Notes: generated from the sequence alone by a model not told the origin. Positions 39,722 to 51,240 are shown, counted from the stretch's first letter. The stretch: 64,000 nt of DNA from Vicinamibacteria bacterium (GCA_963668695.2 CAXXLQ010000004.1:1312001-1376000), one strand, 5' to 3'. A program made the numbers and translations.

Positions 39722-40842
39722 TCAATCCGCTCTACCCGGGCCCGAACGATCTCGACGCGCTCGAGCGGGGCTTCGTCGGCGCCGGCAGGCAGCGCTTCAA
39801 TCGCTTCGACGATTTCGTATCCGGAGATCACCCTCCCGAACACCGAGTACTGGCCGTCGAGAGCGGAAGCCCGTCCGGTCACGATGAAGAAACTGGTCAT
39901 GGCGCTGTCGAGCGCCTCCAGCCGGGCCATCGAGATGATGCCGGGTTCGTGGGGAATGTCACTGAACTCCGGCGCCAGGTTCGTGATGTGTTTTTCGATG
40001 CTCTCGGGAACCGGCGGTACGCGGGTGTCCATCCAACCGGTCTGGACGACGAACCCGGGGACGACCCGGTGGAACGCGGTTCCGTCGTAAGCCCCGATCT
40101 CGGCCAATCGGAGGAAGTTCCGAACGTGGTTGGGAGCCGTTTCCGGAAGTAGCTCGATCTGGACTTCCCCGAACCGCGTCTCCAGAATCACGCGGAACTC
40201 CGCCAGCTCCGCATCGGTTTCCTCGGAAAACGGCGGGGGACGCTCCGGAGGACGGTCGCGGACGGTGGCGCGGAGCACCTCTACGCGCTCGAGCGGCATT
40301 CCCCTTTCGTCGGCCGGAAGCTCCGAGATCACGGTGACCTCGTGGATCCCCTCCACGACCCGCGCGAACACGGTGTACGCCCCGTCGAGCGGAGGCTGAT
40401 CGGTGACGACAATGAAGAACTGGGAGCCGGCGCTGTCCGGTTGGCCGGGAACCTGGACGGCGGAGACGGCGCCCCGCACATGGAGCTCGTCGTTCGCCTC
40501 GCGGGCGAGTCGCAGTAGACCCCCGGTCCCGTACGCGTCCGTCGCTTCCGGATCCTGCGAAAGCGGATCCCCGCCCTGAACGATTCCGCGCGCGATAACC
40601 CGGTGGAACGCCGTCCCGTCGTAGTTGCCCGCTTCAGCCTGCTGCAGGAAGAAGGCGGCGTGGTTCGGAGCCTCTTCGGGGAGGACTTCGATGATGAAGT
40701 TCCCTTGGGTGGTTTCAAAGACCACCTGCTTGCCGATCATCGCTTCGACCGGCTGGTCGGCGGTGAAGAGGCCCTCGGTCTGGGTGCTCGCCATCGCCAC
40801 GGGAAGAAGGCTGAGAACGAAGAGCGCAAACGCCCCCATCAT
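39718..40842 (-). CDS. Secreted peptidyl-prolyl isomerase with two cyclophilin domains
   Basis: Two copies of APNH..F...YDGTAFHRV...Q(G/T)G and LDGxY(T/S)VFxRV. Confidence 0.93.
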   Translation of the reverse strand: MMGAFALFVLSLLPVAMASTQTEGLFTADQPVEAMIGKQVVFETTQGNFIIEVLPEEAPNHAAFFLQQAEAGNYDGTAFHRVIARGIVQGGDPLSQDPEATDAYGTGGLLRLAREANDELHVRGAVSAVQVPGQPDSAGSQFFIVVTDQPPLDGAYTVFARVVEGIHEVTVISELPADERGMPLERVEVLRATVRDRPPERPPPFSEETDAELAEFRVILETRFGEVQIELLPETAPNHVRNFLRLAEIGAYDGTAFHRVVPGFVVQTGWMDTRVPPVPESIEKHITNLAPEFSDIPHEPGIISMARLEALDSAMTSFFIVTGRASALDGQYSVFGRVISGYEIVEAIEALPAGADEAPLERVEIVRARVERIE

Positions 40843-40985
40843 CCGGGGGTTTAGGAAGAACACTCGACCGGCTATCTGCAAGGACTGGGAGAAAGGTCGC
40901 GCCAAACGGAGGGGCAGTATATTCCCGGGCCTTGTTGCCTGAATCACCTCCCTCTGCTGTTTCCGGCGGGCCCGCTGCTGCCGAA

Positions 40986-43793
40986 ATGGCCCCCGAAATC
41001 TCGGTCCCCGTCAAGGTCCGGACCCTGGGCAACGGCCTCCGGGTGCTGCTCCACGAGGACCGCCGTCTCCCCGTCGTGCACGTGGCGCTTTGGTACCACG
41101 TCGGTTCAAAGAACGAGCAGCCGTGGCGCACCGGGTTCGCCCACCTCTTCGAGCACCTCATGTTCGAGGGCTCCCGCCACAACAGCAGCCACTTCATCCG
41201 GCTGATGGAGCGGGCCGGCGCGAGCCTGTCGGCCGGCGGGGTGAACGGGACGACGAGCCACGACCGGACGAACTACTACGAGACCGTGCCGAAGGAGGCT
41301 CTCGGGCTCGCGCTCTGGGCCGAATCGGACCGGATGGCGTATCTCCTCGATGTCCTCGACCAGACCAAACTGGACACCCAGCGCGAGGTCGTGAGAAACG
41401 AGCGCTTGCAGCGCATGGACAACGTGCCCTACGGAACGGCGTGGGAAAAGATGTTCCACGCGCTCTTTCCCCCGGGTCATCCGTATTCGTGGGACGTCAT
41501 CGGGGACATGGCCCACCTGGCCGCCGCCGACCTCTCCGAGGTCCACGAGTTCTTCCGCACCTGGTACGCACCGAACAACGCAGTGCTGGTAGTCGCCGGC
41601 GACTACGACGAGCGACGGGCGCTGGAGTTGGTCCGGCGCTACTTCGGGTCGATTCCGCCGGGCCGGGTTCCCGGCCGTCCGGTGTTCCCCCCCGTGAACC
41701 GGGCTGTCCATCGCCGCATCGTGGTGCCCGAAGAGGTGCCCCACGCGCGGCTCTACTGCGGGTGGTCCACGGTGCCGTTCTTCCACCAAGACGAGCCCGC
41801 GCTCGACATGCTGTCCGATGTCCTCTCGGACGGGCTGAACTCTCGGCTCTATCGCCGGATGGTCTATGAGGACCGGACCGCGTCCGATGTCAGCGCGTTT
41901 CATTACTCGCTCGAATCGGGCGGACTCACGGGCGTGGTGGCCACCGCCCGCCCGGAAGTGTCGCTCTCGCGCCTTCGCGATCAAATGGACGAGGAACTCA
42001 CCCGGATGGCGGACGAGGGACCGACCGAGGACGAGTTGCTGCGGGTGAAGGCGGCGACCCAGGTGGCCTTTGTGGGCGCCCTGGAGCGGCTCGCGACCAA
42101 GGCGGACCTTCTCGCCCGCTACGCGACCTTCGCCGGCGACCCCGGCAAGCTATCGGAGCACTGGGTCCGCTACCGGGAAGTCAGCCGGGAAGATCTGCAG
42201 CGCGCCGCGCGCAAGTATCTGCTCGGCCCCCGGGTGGAATTGCTCTACGGAGAGTCGGAAGCGGAAGGCGAGCCGCCGGTCGTTCCCGTAGCCATCGGAC
42301 CCGGCGAGTGGCAAACCCCCGCCGCGTCGCCCGCGCCCCGGGATCCGAAGCTCCGGGCCGAGCCGGACCGTTCTCGAGCTCCCCGCCGCGGACGACGGGG
42401 ACACGTCGAGCCTCCTTGTCCCGCGACTCGCGAGCTCGGGAATGGCATCCGCCTGTCCGTCGCGCCGCGCCACAATCTTCCCAAGATCATCGGAACGATC
42501 ATGATCCCCGCGGGGAAGCGCGACGAGCCCCGGAGGCTCGCTGGACTGGCGAGTCTCACCGCGGCGATGCTGAGTCGCGGAACGAAAAACCGCACCGCCA
42601 GCGAGTTTGAAGCCGAGGCGGACCGGGTCGGCGCCGAAGTCGGAGCGGGGGCCGGCACGGAGTTCGTGTCCGTTTCCTTCTCTTGCCTTTCCGAGCATCT
42701 GCGGGCGACGCTCGATCTGACCGCCGATCTCCTCCTGAATCCGGCATTCCCCGATGTGGAGCTGGAACGAATCGTTCCGCTCCGGCTCGACGACCTGAAG
42801 CAATCCCGCGCCGATCCGACCTCGGTGCTCCGCCGCATCGTTCGCCGCACGGCGTTTTCCGACGGGCATCCCTATGGCTGGCGCGGGGACGAGGCGACGC
42901 TGCCAGGCATTTCCACCGCCGATCTGGCGACCTTCCACGAAACGCATTTCCTGCCCGGTGGCGCGCAGGCCGTGGTGTGCGGGGATCTGGATCCGGATCG
43001 CGCGGCGGCAATCTTCGAGGAATTCTTCGGCGACTGGGCAGCGGCTCGTGCGGCTGAGCGGGAAGCGCCAACCGATCCTCCCGACGCGGAGACCGGGGTC
43101 CTGCTCCACCCGACCGGAAAGGAGAGTCCGCAGGCGGTGGTCGCCTGGCGGAAGCAGGGGCCGGGCCGGGACTCCGAAGACCGCCACGCGCTGCGGCTGG
43201 CGCTGCACATCCTGGGGGGCGGTTTTTCCAGCCGCCTCAATCTGAACCTGCGGGAACGGATGGGCGCCACCTACGGGGCCTTCACGGGAGCGCGGCAGCT
43301 CCTCCGTCGGTCCCTTCTCACGGCTTCCGCCTCCCTGAATATCGAGCAGGCGGCGCCCGCCATCCGGGAACTCCTGTCCGAGGTGGACGGCCTCGCTTCC
43401 GGGAAGCGGCCGATAAGGATGTGGGAGTTGCGGGAAGCGAAGCTGGCCGTCACGCGCACCTACGCGCAGCGGTTCGAGACCCTGGGAGGAGTGTGCGGCG
43501 TCATCGCCGCGATCCTCCAACGGGGTGCTGCGCTCTCCGATATCCGGGACTTCCCGGCCCGGGTCGAGGCCGTTACCCGTGGCGAGGTTGCCGAAGCCGC
43601 CTTCCGCTACCTCGGAAGCGACGGGAGCGCTCTGGTGGCGGTCGGTGACGAAGAGCGGCTGGGGCCGGCGCTCGAAGGTCTCGGCGCCGTGCGCCGGGTG
43701 GACGCCGAGGGAGCGCCCCTATCTGGAGCGCCCCTATCTGGAGCGCCCCTGTCTGGAGCGCCCCTGTCTGGAGCGCCCCTGTCTGCCGACTAG
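40986..43793 (+). CDS. M16-family zinc protease (fused two-module)
   Basis: HLFEH inverted zinc motif, NGTTSHDRTNYYE and RLNLNLRE.MGATYG. Confidence 0.94.
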   Translation: MAPEISVPVKVRTLGNGLRVLLHEDRRLPVVHVALWYHVGSKNEQPWRTGFAHLFEHLMFEGSRHNSSHFIRLMERAGASLSAGGVNGTTSHDRTNYYETVPKEALGLALWAESDRMAYLLDVLDQTKLDTQREVVRNERLQRMDNVPYGTAWEKMFHALFPPGHPYSWDVIGDMAHLAAADLSEVHEFFRTWYAPNNAVLVVAGDYDERRALELVRRYFGSIPPGRVPGRPVFPPVNRAVHRRIVVPEEVPHARLYCGWSTVPFFHQDEPALDMLSDVLSDGLNSRLYRRMVYEDRTASDVSAFHYSLESGGLTGVVATARPEVSLSRLRDQMDEELTRMADEGPTEDELLRVKAATQVAFVGALERLATKADLLARYATFAGDPGKLSEHWVRYREVSREDLQRAARKYLLGPRVELLYGESEAEGEPPVVPVAIGPGEWQTPAASPAPRDPKLRAEPDRSRAPRRGRRGHVEPPCPATRELGNGIRLSVAPRHNLPKIIGTIMIPAGKRDEPRRLAGLASLTAAMLSRGTKNRTASEFEAEADRVGAEVGAGAGTEFVSVSFSCLSEHLRATLDLTADLLLNPAFPDVELERIVPLRLDDLKQSRADPTSVLRRIVRRTAFSDGHPYGWRGDEATLPGISTADLATFHETHFLPGGAQAVVCGDLDPDRAAAIFEEFFGDWAAARAAEREAPTDPPDAETGVLLHPTGKESPQAVVAWRKQGPGRDSEDRHALRLALHILGGGFSSRLNLNLRERMGATYGAFTGARQLLRRSLLTASASLNIEQAAPAIRELLSEVDGLASGKRPIRMWELREAKLAVTRTYAQRFETLGGVCGVIAAILQRGAALSDIRDFPARVEAVTRGEVAEAAFRYLGSDGSALVAVGDEERLGPALEGLGAVRRVDAEGAPLSGAPLSGAPLSGAPLSGAPLSAD
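43710..43784. repeat. 15-bp tandem repeat x5 encoding GAPLS
   Basis: GGAGCGCCCCT(A/G)TCT x5 immediately before the M16 stop. Confidence 0.97.
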
Positions 43794-43829
43794 CTAGTGG
43801 CCGGCGGCGGCGTAGTTCGATTTACCGGA

Positions 43830-43940
43830 GCCCGCGGCGCGGAGCGCCGCGGGGGAGGGGTGCGGAGAGGGGTTTCCCCTCCCCGCGAAAGAAGGTGGAG
43901 CGAATCGCTCCACCACCCCGGGGAGTGAGCGCCCCCATCC
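43830..43940 (-). repeat. Palindrome-rich dispersed repeat (family C), copy 2
   Basis: Reverse complement GGTGGAGCGATTCGCTCCACC...GCGGGGAGGGGAAACCCCTCTCCGCACCCCTCCCCCGCGGCGCTCCGCGCCGCG aligns with 15085-15205. Confidence 0.7.
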
Positions 43941-44005
43941 GGAGGAGCCGGCGGACTGTGCCTGTTCGCGATTGTCGGCGGGCACGCCGCTCTCTCCCCG
44001 GGAGG

Positions 44006-45469
44006 TCAGTTCCGGTCTTTTCCGAAGAGGCTGCGCGCGCGGTCGGGTTCCGGAACCGGTAGCGGGTAGTTGCCCGAGAAGCACGCCGTGCAGTAACGGT
44101 CCCGGTCCTCTTCCACCGAGTCTTCGAGGGCCTCGAGGGGCAAGTAGGCGAGGCTGTCCGCGTCCAGGTACTGCCGGATCTCTTCCACCGACTGCTGGGC
44201 CGCGATCAGCTCCGAGCGGAGCGGGGTGTCGATGCCGTAGTGGCAGGGCCCGGTGGTCGGGGGCGAGGAGACCCGGAAATGGACCTCGGTGGCGCCGGCG
44301 TTCCGCGCCATCTGCACCAGCTTGCGGCTCGTGGTGCCCCGTACGATGGAATCGTCGACGAGGATGACCCGGCGGCCGTTGAGGACCGCCGGGACCGGGT
44401 TCAACTTCACCCTCACCCCGAAGTTCCGGATGGACTGCCGCGGCTCGATGAAGGTCCGTCCGACGTAGTGGTTGCGGATGAGCCCCATCTCCAGGGGAAT
44501 CCCGGTGGCTTGCGAGTAGCCGATCGCCGCGATCAGCCCCGAGTCCGGAACCGGGACCACGACGTCGGCGTCCACTCCGGTGTGTTTCGCGAGGCTCTCG
44601 CCCAGCTTGATCCGGGTCTTGTAGACGTCCCGGCCGAACACCCGGCTGTCGGGGCGGGCGAAATAGACGTGCTCGAAGATGCACTGGGAAATCGGCGCCT
44701 CGTCGAAGACCTTCAGCGAGTGGACGCCGTCTCCGTCGATCCGGATCATCTCCCCGGCGTCGATATCCCGGATGTACTCCCCGTCCACCAGGTCGAGCGC
44801 GCAGGTTTCCGAGCAGACCACGTACCCGTCACCCGCTTTGCCGAGCAGCAGCGGCCGGAACCCCCGGGGGTCTCTAACCGCGTAGAGCGCGTCTTCGGTC
44901 AGGAACAGGAGTGAAAAGGCGCCCTCGGCCTGGCGAACCGCCTCGGCTACCGCTTCGATCTCCTCGGTCTGCCCGGACTTGGCGAACAGGTGAACGAGCA
45001 CTTCGGTGTCGCTCGTCGTGCGGAAGATGGAGCCGCGCTGGACCAGCGCGTGCCGGAGGATGTGGGCGTTCACCAGGTTGCCGTTGTGACAGACCGCGAG
45101 GTGACCGAACTTGCACTCGATCTGGATGGGCTGGATGTTCTTGGGGCTGCTGTCACCGGACGTCGAGTAGCGCGTGTGCCCGATCGCCGCCCGCCCGACG
45201 AGGGTGTCGAGCGCTTCCATGTCGAAGACATCCGCCACAAGCCCCGGGCCGTTCACTCCGACGAGGCCATTCCGGTCCGGGGATGCGGCCACGATCCCCG
45301 CGGCTTCCTGCCCGCGGTGTTGGAGCGCGTAGAGCCCCAGATAGGCGAGGCGCGCGGCCTCCGGGTGGTTCCAGACCCCCACCACCCCGCACTCTTCGTG
45401 GAACCGGTCCGAAGAATCCCTGCCGGGAGGACCGGGGTGATCTACTACCGGGAGTTCGATCTGGCTCAC
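44006..45469 (-). CDS. purF: Amidophosphoribosyltransferase
   Basis: EECGVVG, LQHRGQE, CIFEHVYFARPDS and VDDSIVRGTT. Confidence 0.98.
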   Translation of the reverse strand: MSQIELPVVDHPGPPGRDSSDRFHEECGVVGVWNHPEAARLAYLGLYALQHRGQEAAGIVAASPDRNGLVGVNGPGLVADVFDMEALDTLVGRAAIGHTRYSTSGDSSPKNIQPIQIECKFGHLAVCHNGNLVNAHILRHALVQRGSIFRTTSDTEVLVHLFAKSGQTEEIEAVAEAVRQAEGAFSLLFLTEDALYAVRDPRGFRPLLLGKAGDGYVVCSETCALDLVDGEYIRDIDAGEMIRIDGDGVHSLKVFDEAPISQCIFEHVYFARPDSRVFGRDVYKTRIKLGESLAKHTGVDADVVVPVPDSGLIAAIGYSQATGIPLEMGLIRNHYVGRTFIEPRQSIRNFGVRVKLNPVPAVLNGRRVILVDDSIVRGTTSRKLVQMARNAGATEVHFRVSSPPTTGPCHYGIDTPLRSELIAAQQSVEEIRQYLDADSLAYLPLEALEDSVEEDRDRYCTACFSGNYPLPVPEPDRARSLFGKDRN

Positions 45470-45488
45470 CCGCGCATCCTACCCGGAC

Positions 45489-45508
45489 GTGACTTTGTCC
45501 ACCGGCTG
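45489..45508. repeat. Solo MITE end at the purL stop
   Basis: GTGACTTTGTCCACCGGCTG-CTA matches the reverse complement of the left end of 38338-38643 (one mismatch). Confidence 0.65.
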
Positions 45509-47731
45509 CTACGCGGTGGCCAGCCGGCCGAGGCTGTTCCGGAACGTGTCGGCAAGACTCTGGATCTCCAGATCCACCGTGCGCACCCCGTTCACCCGCG
45601 TCCGGAGCGAGCCGCCGCCGACCACCCCGATCGGCGCGAGAGGGACGCCCTCGCGGGAGGCGAGCGCCGCGAGAGCGTCCGCGTCCCGCGGTCGGACGCT
45701 GACGAGCGCCCGGGCCGGCGATTCTCCGAACAGGACTCCCTCCAGCCGCTGAGCGCATTCGATCTCAAGTTCCGCGCCAAGGACCGAGCTGTCCGGGGCG
45801 AAGAGACTCTCCACCACGGCCGCAGCGAGCCCCCCCTCGGAGAGATCGCGCGCGGAGGCGGCCAACCCCTCCGCTCCGGCCGCCCGCAGGAAGGCCCCGA
45901 GCCGGACTTCCGCGTCCAGGTCGGGTTTCGGCGGCCGTCCGTCGGTGCGGCCGTGGCGTACTTTCAGGTAGGCGCTCGCACCGAGCGAGTCCGTTCCCTC
46001 GGGTCCCGCCAGGAAGATTCGGTCTCCCGGCTCGGCAAAGTGCTGGGGGATCCGTTTCGCCACGTCGGGAAGCACTCCCACCACTCCGACCACCGGCGTG
46101 GAAAAAATGCCCTTTCCCTCGGTCTCGTTGTAGAAGCTGACGTTGCCTCCGGTAATGGGAACGCCCAGCGCCCTGAGGGCTTCGCCCATCCCGGCGATGG
46201 CCTCGGTGAACTCCCACATGATCTCGGGCCGCTCGGGGTTCCCGAAGTTGAGGCAGTTGGTCGCCCCCACCGGGGTGGCGCCCACCGCGGCCAGATTCCG
46301 GCACGCCTCGGCAACCGCAAGCGCTCCGCCCCGCCGGGGGTCCCGGGCGGTGTAGCGGCCGTTCCCGTCGAGGGTCATGGCGAGGCCCAGCGGCAATCCC
46401 TTGATCCGCACCACCCCGGCGTCGCCCCCCGGGCGGACGATGGTGTCGCTGCGGACCATGTGGTCGTACTGCTCGTAGACGAACCGGCGGCTCGCGAGTT
46501 CCGCCGATCCGGCCATCTCCCGAACCGCGCCGTTCCAGTCGGAGGGCTCGGGGAGATCCTTCGGGGTGACCTCGGGGGTGGGCCACCATGCCGGCTGCTC
46601 GACCGGGCGGTCGAGCGCCGGGGCGTCCTCGGTCAGCGCCCGGCAGGGAACTTCCGCGGCGACCTTCCCCTGGTGCCGCACCCGGAGCAGACCGTCGCCA
46701 CTCACCGTTCCAATGGCGGCCGCGTCGAGGTCCCACTTGTCGAACGCCCGCTCCACCTCCGCCTCGTGGCCGTCGCGGACCACCAGGAGCATCCGCTCCT
46801 GGGATTCCGAGAGCATGATCTCGTAGGCGTTCATGCCGGTCTCGCGCTGGGCGACCATGTCGAGATCGATATCCGCTCCCGCGCCGCCCCGCGCCGCCAC
46901 TTCCGCGGTTGAGCAGGTGAGTCCCGCCGCTCCCATGTCCTGGACGGCGATCAACGCGTCGCCCCGCATGAGCTCGAGGCACGCCTCCATGAGCAGTTTT
47001 TCGAGGAACGGATCGCCCACCTGCACCGTCGGCCGTTTCGCCTCGGCCTCCTCGTCGAAGGCCGCCGACGCCATGGACGCGCCGTGGATGCCGTCGCGTC
47101 CCGTCTTGCTGCCCACGCACCAGATCGGGCTGCCCGGTGAGTCGGCGCGAGCCCGGAAGATCCGGTCCGCGGGCGCGATTCCGAGCGCGAAGGCGTTGAC
47201 CAGGGGATTCAGGGAGTAGCAGTCCTCGAAGAAGACCTCCCCGCCCACCGTCGGGATCCCCATGCTGTTCCCGTAGTTGGCGATCCCGGCGACGGCGCCG
47301 GTGAAAAGGGCGCGGTTCTTCGGAACCGTCAGCGGTCCGAAGCGGAGGGAGTTCATCAGGGCCACGGGACGGGCGCCCATCGTGAAGATGTCGCGCAGGA
47401 TGCCGCCGACGCCGGTGGCGGCGCCCTGGAACGGTTCGATGAAGGTCGGATGGTTGTGCGATTCGACCTTGAACACGGCCGCGAGTCCCTCGCCGATAGC
47501 GACCGCGCCCGCGTTTTCTCCCGGCCCCTCGAGGACCTGCGGCGACTCGGTAGGGAAGCGTGCGAGGTGGCGCCGCGAGGACTTGTAGGAGCAGTGCTCC
47601 GACCACATCGCGGAGAACATGCCGAGTTCCGTGACGTTGGGGGTGCGTCCCAGTCGTTCGGAGATCTGCTCGAACTCCCCGGCGGACAGTCCGGAGGCGA
47701 GCGCCGCCTCGACGGTCGCGGGTGCGCTCAT
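45509..47731 (-). CDS. purL: FGAM synthase subunit PurL
   Basis: [25 protein letters not shown] and NCLNFGNPE; start MSAPATV overlaps the purQ stop. Confidence 0.97.
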   Translation of the reverse strand: MSAPATVEAALASGLSAGEFEQISERLGRTPNVTELGMFSAMWSEHCSYKSSRRHLARFPTESPQVLEGPGENAGAVAIGEGLAAVFKVESHNHPTFIEPFQGAATGVGGILRDIFTMGARPVALMNSLRFGPLTVPKNRALFTGAVAGIANYGNSMGIPTVGGEVFFEDCYSLNPLVNAFALGIAPADRIFRARADSPGSPIWCVGSKTGRDGIHGASMASAAFDEEAEAKRPTVQVGDPFLEKLLMEACLELMRGDALIAVQDMGAAGLTCSTAEVAARGGAGADIDLDMVAQRETGMNAYEIMLSESQERMLLVVRDGHEAEVERAFDKWDLDAAAIGTVSGDGLLRVRHQGKVAAEVPCRALTEDAPALDRPVEQPAWWPTPEVTPKDLPEPSDWNGAVREMAGSAELASRRFVYEQYDHMVRSDTIVRPGGDAGVVRIKGLPLGLAMTLDGNGRYTARDPRRGGALAVAEACRNLAAVGATPVGATNCLNFGNPERPEIMWEFTEAIAGMGEALRALGVPITGGNVSFYNETEGKGIFSTPVVGVVGVLPDVAKRIPQHFAEPGDRIFLAGPEGTDSLGASAYLKVRHGRTDGRPPKPDLDAEVRLGAFLRAAGAEGLAASARDLSEGGLAAAVVESLFAPDSSVLGAELEIECAQRLEGVLFGESPARALVSVRPRDADALAALASREGVPLAPIGVVGGGSLRTRVNGVRTVDLEIQSLADTFRNSLGRLATA

Positions 47732-48423
47732 CCTTGGGTGAACCGCTGCAGGCTCTCGAAGAGATAGCGTCCGTCGGCGCCGCCGAGCGCCGTTTCGTAG
47801 GCCCGGTCCGGATGGGGCATGAGCGCGGCGACGTTCCCCCGGCGGTTCCGCACCCCGGCGATGTTGTTTCTCGATCCGTTGGGGTTCGCGGCTTCGGTGA
47901 TCTCCCCGTCCTGCTCGCAGTAGCGGAAGATCACCTGCTCCCCGGCTTCCAGCGTGTCGAGGACATCGTCGTCGGCGCGGAAGTTCCCCTCCGCGTGTCC
48001 TACCGGGAGGCGGAGCGTGGCGCCGGGTTCCAGCCCGCAGGTGAGCGCGGACGGGCCGCCTTCGACCCGGACCTCCACGTCGCGGCATACGTAGGTGAGC
48101 GAGCGGTTGCGCAGCATCGCCCCCGGGAGCAGTCCGGCTTCCTGGAGGATCTGGAAGCCGTTGCAAATCCCTACCACCGCCCGTCCGCTCTCCGCCATCC
48201 GCGCGAGCGGCTCCATCACCGGTGAGAAGCGGGCGAGACCGCCTGCCCGCAGGTAGTCGCCGTGGGCGAAGCCGCCGGGAACCACTGCGGCGTCGAAGCC
48301 GTCGAGCGAGCCCTCCTTGTGCCAGACGAGTTCGGCTGGCTGGCCGGTCACCGTCCGGAGCCCGTGGAGTACGTCGCCTTCGCAGTTCGTCCCGGGGAAG
48401 ACGAGGACCGCGAAGCGCGCCAT
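47728..48423 (-). CDS. purQ: FGAM synthase glutaminase subunit
   Basis: [28 protein letters not shown] and MPHPDR. Confidence 0.97.
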   Translation of the reverse strand: MARFAVLVFPGTNCEGDVLHGLRTVTGQPAELVWHKEGSLDGFDAAVVPGGFAHGDYLRAGGLARFSPVMEPLARMAESGRAVVGICNGFQILQEAGLLPGAMLRNRSLTYVCRDVEVRVEGGPSALTCGLEPGATLRLPVGHAEGNFRADDDVLDTLEAGEQVIFRYCEQDGEITEAANPNGSRNNIAGVRNRRGNVAALMPHPDRAYETALGGADGRYLFESLQRFTQG

Positions 48424-48674
48424 CAGTCGAGCAGGACCCGGACGCTGAAGTCCTCGAGCACCGGGTTCGCGAGCACCTTCGAGGCGATCTCCTCCGCGCG
48501 GGTTCTCGCTTCGGTGGCCGAATCGGCGGTCACTTCCAAGTCGAACATCTTCCCCTGGCGCACCGAATCCGCGCTGAGGCGCGGGTCCGTGGCGATCGCC
48601 CGGCGGATCGCTTCGCCCTGCGGGTCATAAACCGAGGGGCGCAGGCGCACCAGTACCCGGATCCGGAACTTCAT
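48423..48674 (-). CDS. purS: FGAM synthase subunit PurS
   Basis: DPQGEAI, VRQGK and LANPVLE. Confidence 0.95.
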   Translation of the reverse strand: MKFRIRVLVRLRPSVYDPQGEAIRRAIATDPRLSADSVRQGKMFDLEVTADSATEARTRAEEIASKVLANPVLEDFSVRVLLD

Positions 48675-49978
48675 CCGTCGTTCTCCGCGAAGACCCGCTC
48701 GAACACCAGGTCGAGGTGCCTGAGGTGCACGTCCAGATCGAACGCCGCATCGAGTTCCTCCGGTTTGAGGATCTTCGTGATCCGCTCGTCCTCGTCGAGC
48801 CGTTCGCGCAGCGAACCGCCGCCCTCCCAGAGGCGCATCGCCGCTCCCTGCACCATCCGGTAGGCGTCCTCGCGGGAGATCCCCCGGGCGGCGAGGTCGA
48901 GCAGCACCTGGCCGCTGAAGACCATGCCGTTCATCCGGTTCAGGTTATCGAGCATGGATTCGGCGCGGACCACCAGCCCGTCGAGGATCCGGGTCATCCG
49001 CAGCAGGATGTGATCGGCGAGCAGGAAGCTCTGGGGAATCGCCATCCGTTCCGCCGAGGAGTGGGAGATGTCCCGCTCGTTCCAGAGCGCGATGTTCTCG
49101 AGCGCCGGAAGCACATTCGCGCGGATGATCCGGGCCAGGCCGCAGACCTGTTCGCAGCCGACCGGGTTGCGCTTGTGGGGCATCGCCGAGGAACCTTTCT
49201 GGCCCCGGCCGAAGGGCTCCTCCAGTTCCCGGATCTCGGTGCGCTGGAGATTCCGGACCTCGGTGGCGATCTTCTCGAGCGTGCCGGCGAGGATGGCCAG
49301 CGCGGCCGCGAGTTCGGCGTGCCGGTCGCGCTGGATGACCTGGGTGGAGATGGGGGCGGGACGAATTCCCAGGGAGTCACAGACTCTTTTTTCTACGCTC
49401 GGGGGCAGGTGGGCGAAGGTGCCCACGGCGCCGCTCAGCTTTCCCACCGCTACCGCTTCGCGCGCCGCCGAGAGACGGCGGTGGTTCCGTCCCATCTCCG
49501 CCCACCAGAGCGCGAGCTTCATCCCGAACGTCATCGGCTCGGCGTGGACCCCGTGGGTGCGCCCGACCATGACCGTGTGGCGGTGCTCCGCCGCCCGGCG
49601 CTTCAGGACCTCGCGCAGGTTCTCGATGCGGCTCAGGATCAGGTCCGCGGAGCGGGAGAGGCGGGTGGCCAGCGCGGTGTCCACCACGTCGGAGCTGGTG
49701 AGTCCGAAGTGGATCCAGCGTCCCTCGGCGCCCACGTGTTCGGCCATGGACTGGGTGAAGGCGACCACGTCGTGCTGGACCGTCTTCTCGATCTCGTGGA
49801 TGCGGGCGATGTCGAAACCGGCCCGCTCCCGGATCGCGGCGGCGGCCGCAGCGGGGACGATCCCTTCGGCCGCCATCGCCTGGGCGGCGGCGATCTCAAC
49901 CTCCATCCAGGATGTGAACTGGGCTTCGTCGGTCCAGATCGCCCCCATCTCGGGGCGAACGTAGCGGTCGGTCAGCAC
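48671..49978 (-). CDS. purB: Adenylosuccinate lyase
   Basis: HFGLTSSD, GRTHGVHAEP, GSSAMPHKRNP and ERDISHSS. Confidence 0.97.
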   Translation of the reverse strand: MLTDRYVRPEMGAIWTDEAQFTSWMEVEIAAAQAMAAEGIVPAAAAAAIRERAGFDIARIHEIEKTVQHDVVAFTQSMAEHVGAEGRWIHFGLTSSDVVDTALATRLSRSADLILSRIENLREVLKRRAAEHRHTVMVGRTHGVHAEPMTFGMKLALWWAEMGRNHRRLSAAREAVAVGKLSGAVGTFAHLPPSVEKRVCDSLGIRPAPISTQVIQRDRHAELAAALAILAGTLEKIATEVRNLQRTEIRELEEPFGRGQKGSSAMPHKRNPVGCEQVCGLARIIRANVLPALENIALWNERDISHSSAERMAIPQSFLLADHILLRMTRILDGLVVRAESMLDNLNRMNGMVFSGQVLLDLAARGISREDAYRMVQGAAMRLWEGGGSLRERLDEDERITKILKPEELDAAFDLDVHLRHLDLVFERVFAENDG

Positions 49979-49982
49979 CGAC

Positions 49983-50837
49983 TCAGACGGGGCGGAACAG
50001 GGGGGCCGCGTATCCGACCCACGCCCGAGGGGTGGTGCCGGAATCGTCGTCCCGCCGGGCGCGAATCTCGTCGGTGAGCGCGTGCCGGCTGGCGGCAAGG
50101 AGGCGCACTTCCTCGCGGCCGCCGGCGTCCAGCGCGACACGGGCCGTCTCGAGCGCCAGCTCGGGCGAGTTCGTGTTCTCCGAGAGATGGGCGAGCACCA
50201 CGGTCTTCACCGAGGACGGGAGCTGTCTCCGCAGGTACAGAGCCAGGGCGCCGTTCGACAGGTGACCCCGCGTCGAGGCGATCCGTTGCCGAATGGAGAA
50301 GGGGTAGCGGCTCTCGAAGAGCTGCTGCTCGTCGTAGTTCGACTCGATCAGCAACACTGAGGCGCCCTCGATGGCGTCTTCCATGTCCCGCGAGATGTGG
50401 CCGAAATCCGTGACGTGCACGAGCGCCGCGCCGCCGCGTTCGAACCGGAAGCCGATCGGCTCCCGGGCGTCGTGGGGCGTCCGGAACGGGCTGACGGTTA
50501 CGGTGCCGATGCGTCGCGGTTCGCCGGAGACAAGCGGGATCCAGGAAGGGGGCTCGGCTCCGTTCCTGGTCTCGAGGCAACTCCAGGTCCCCTCGGTGCA
50601 GGCCACCGGAAGGCCGTGGCGGGTGGCGAACATCACCGCGCTCCGGGAGTGGTCCCCGTGCTCGTGCGAGACGAGCACCGCAGCGATTTCCGAGGGTGTG
50701 CGTCCGGCCGCCGCGATCCGCTTCTCCAGTTCCCGGCAGGAAAGCCCGGCCTCGACCAGCAGGGTGGTGGGTCCCGACGAGATCAGCCCCGCGTTGCCGG
50801 AACTCCCGGAGCCGAGGACGCGCAGGCTGATTTCCAT
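49983..50837 (-). CDS. MBL-fold metallohydrolase (YycJ/WalJ-like)
   Basis: GSGSSGN, SHEHGDH, ESNYD, GHLSN and HLSENTN. Confidence 0.92.
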   Translation of the reverse strand: MEISLRVLGSGSSGNAGLISSGPTTLLVEAGLSCRELEKRIAAAGRTPSEIAAVLVSHEHGDHSRSAVMFATRHGLPVACTEGTWSCLETRNGAEPPSWIPLVSGEPRRIGTVTVSPFRTPHDAREPIGFRFERGGAALVHVTDFGHISRDMEDAIEGASVLLIESNYDEQQLFESRYPFSIRQRIASTRGHLSNGALALYLRRQLPSSVKTVVLAHLSENTNSPELALETARVALDAGGREEVRLLAASRHALTDEIRARRDDDSGTTPRAWVGYAAPLFRPV

Positions 50838-50997
50838 GGGAAGGAGCCTCAGAAAAGAGCGGAGAACAGGGGTTTCGGAGGCGGGCAGACTACCACCCGT
50901 ACGCGCGACCCGTCAACGCCCGGACCCCAACATATTGGGGTCCTGTTCCGAGCCAACCACAACCGGTTGTGGAAAGCAGGGAACGCCGTCTCCCGTT

Positions 50998-51240
50998 GTG
51001 GCGTCAAGGCTGGGAACGCCGATCTTCAGACCGGCACCGCGGCCCGCAGGGCCGCGAGACCGCGTACTGCCGATCTGCGTCAAGGACGATCCGCAAGGGA
51101 ACGCCGACCTCCGGCCGGCACGCGCTGGCCGGAGGCCAGCGCACGGCGCATCGCCGCTCCCTCTCGCGGGATGCAGGCAAGGGAAGGCCGACCTCCGGCC
51201 CGCACAGCCAGCCGAAGGCTGGCGAACTGCGTACAGCCAC
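50998..51240 (+). repeat. REP-like array (family B), three units
   Basis: GGGAACGCCGATCTTCAGACCGGCA, GGGAACGCCGACCTCCGGCCGGCA and GGGAAGGCCGACCTCCGGCCCGCA. Confidence 0.75.

Noticed and set aside
45509-48166. PurQ-PurL fusion suggested by the 885-aa ORF
   Set aside because: The extension is out of frame with purQ; purL starts at 47731.
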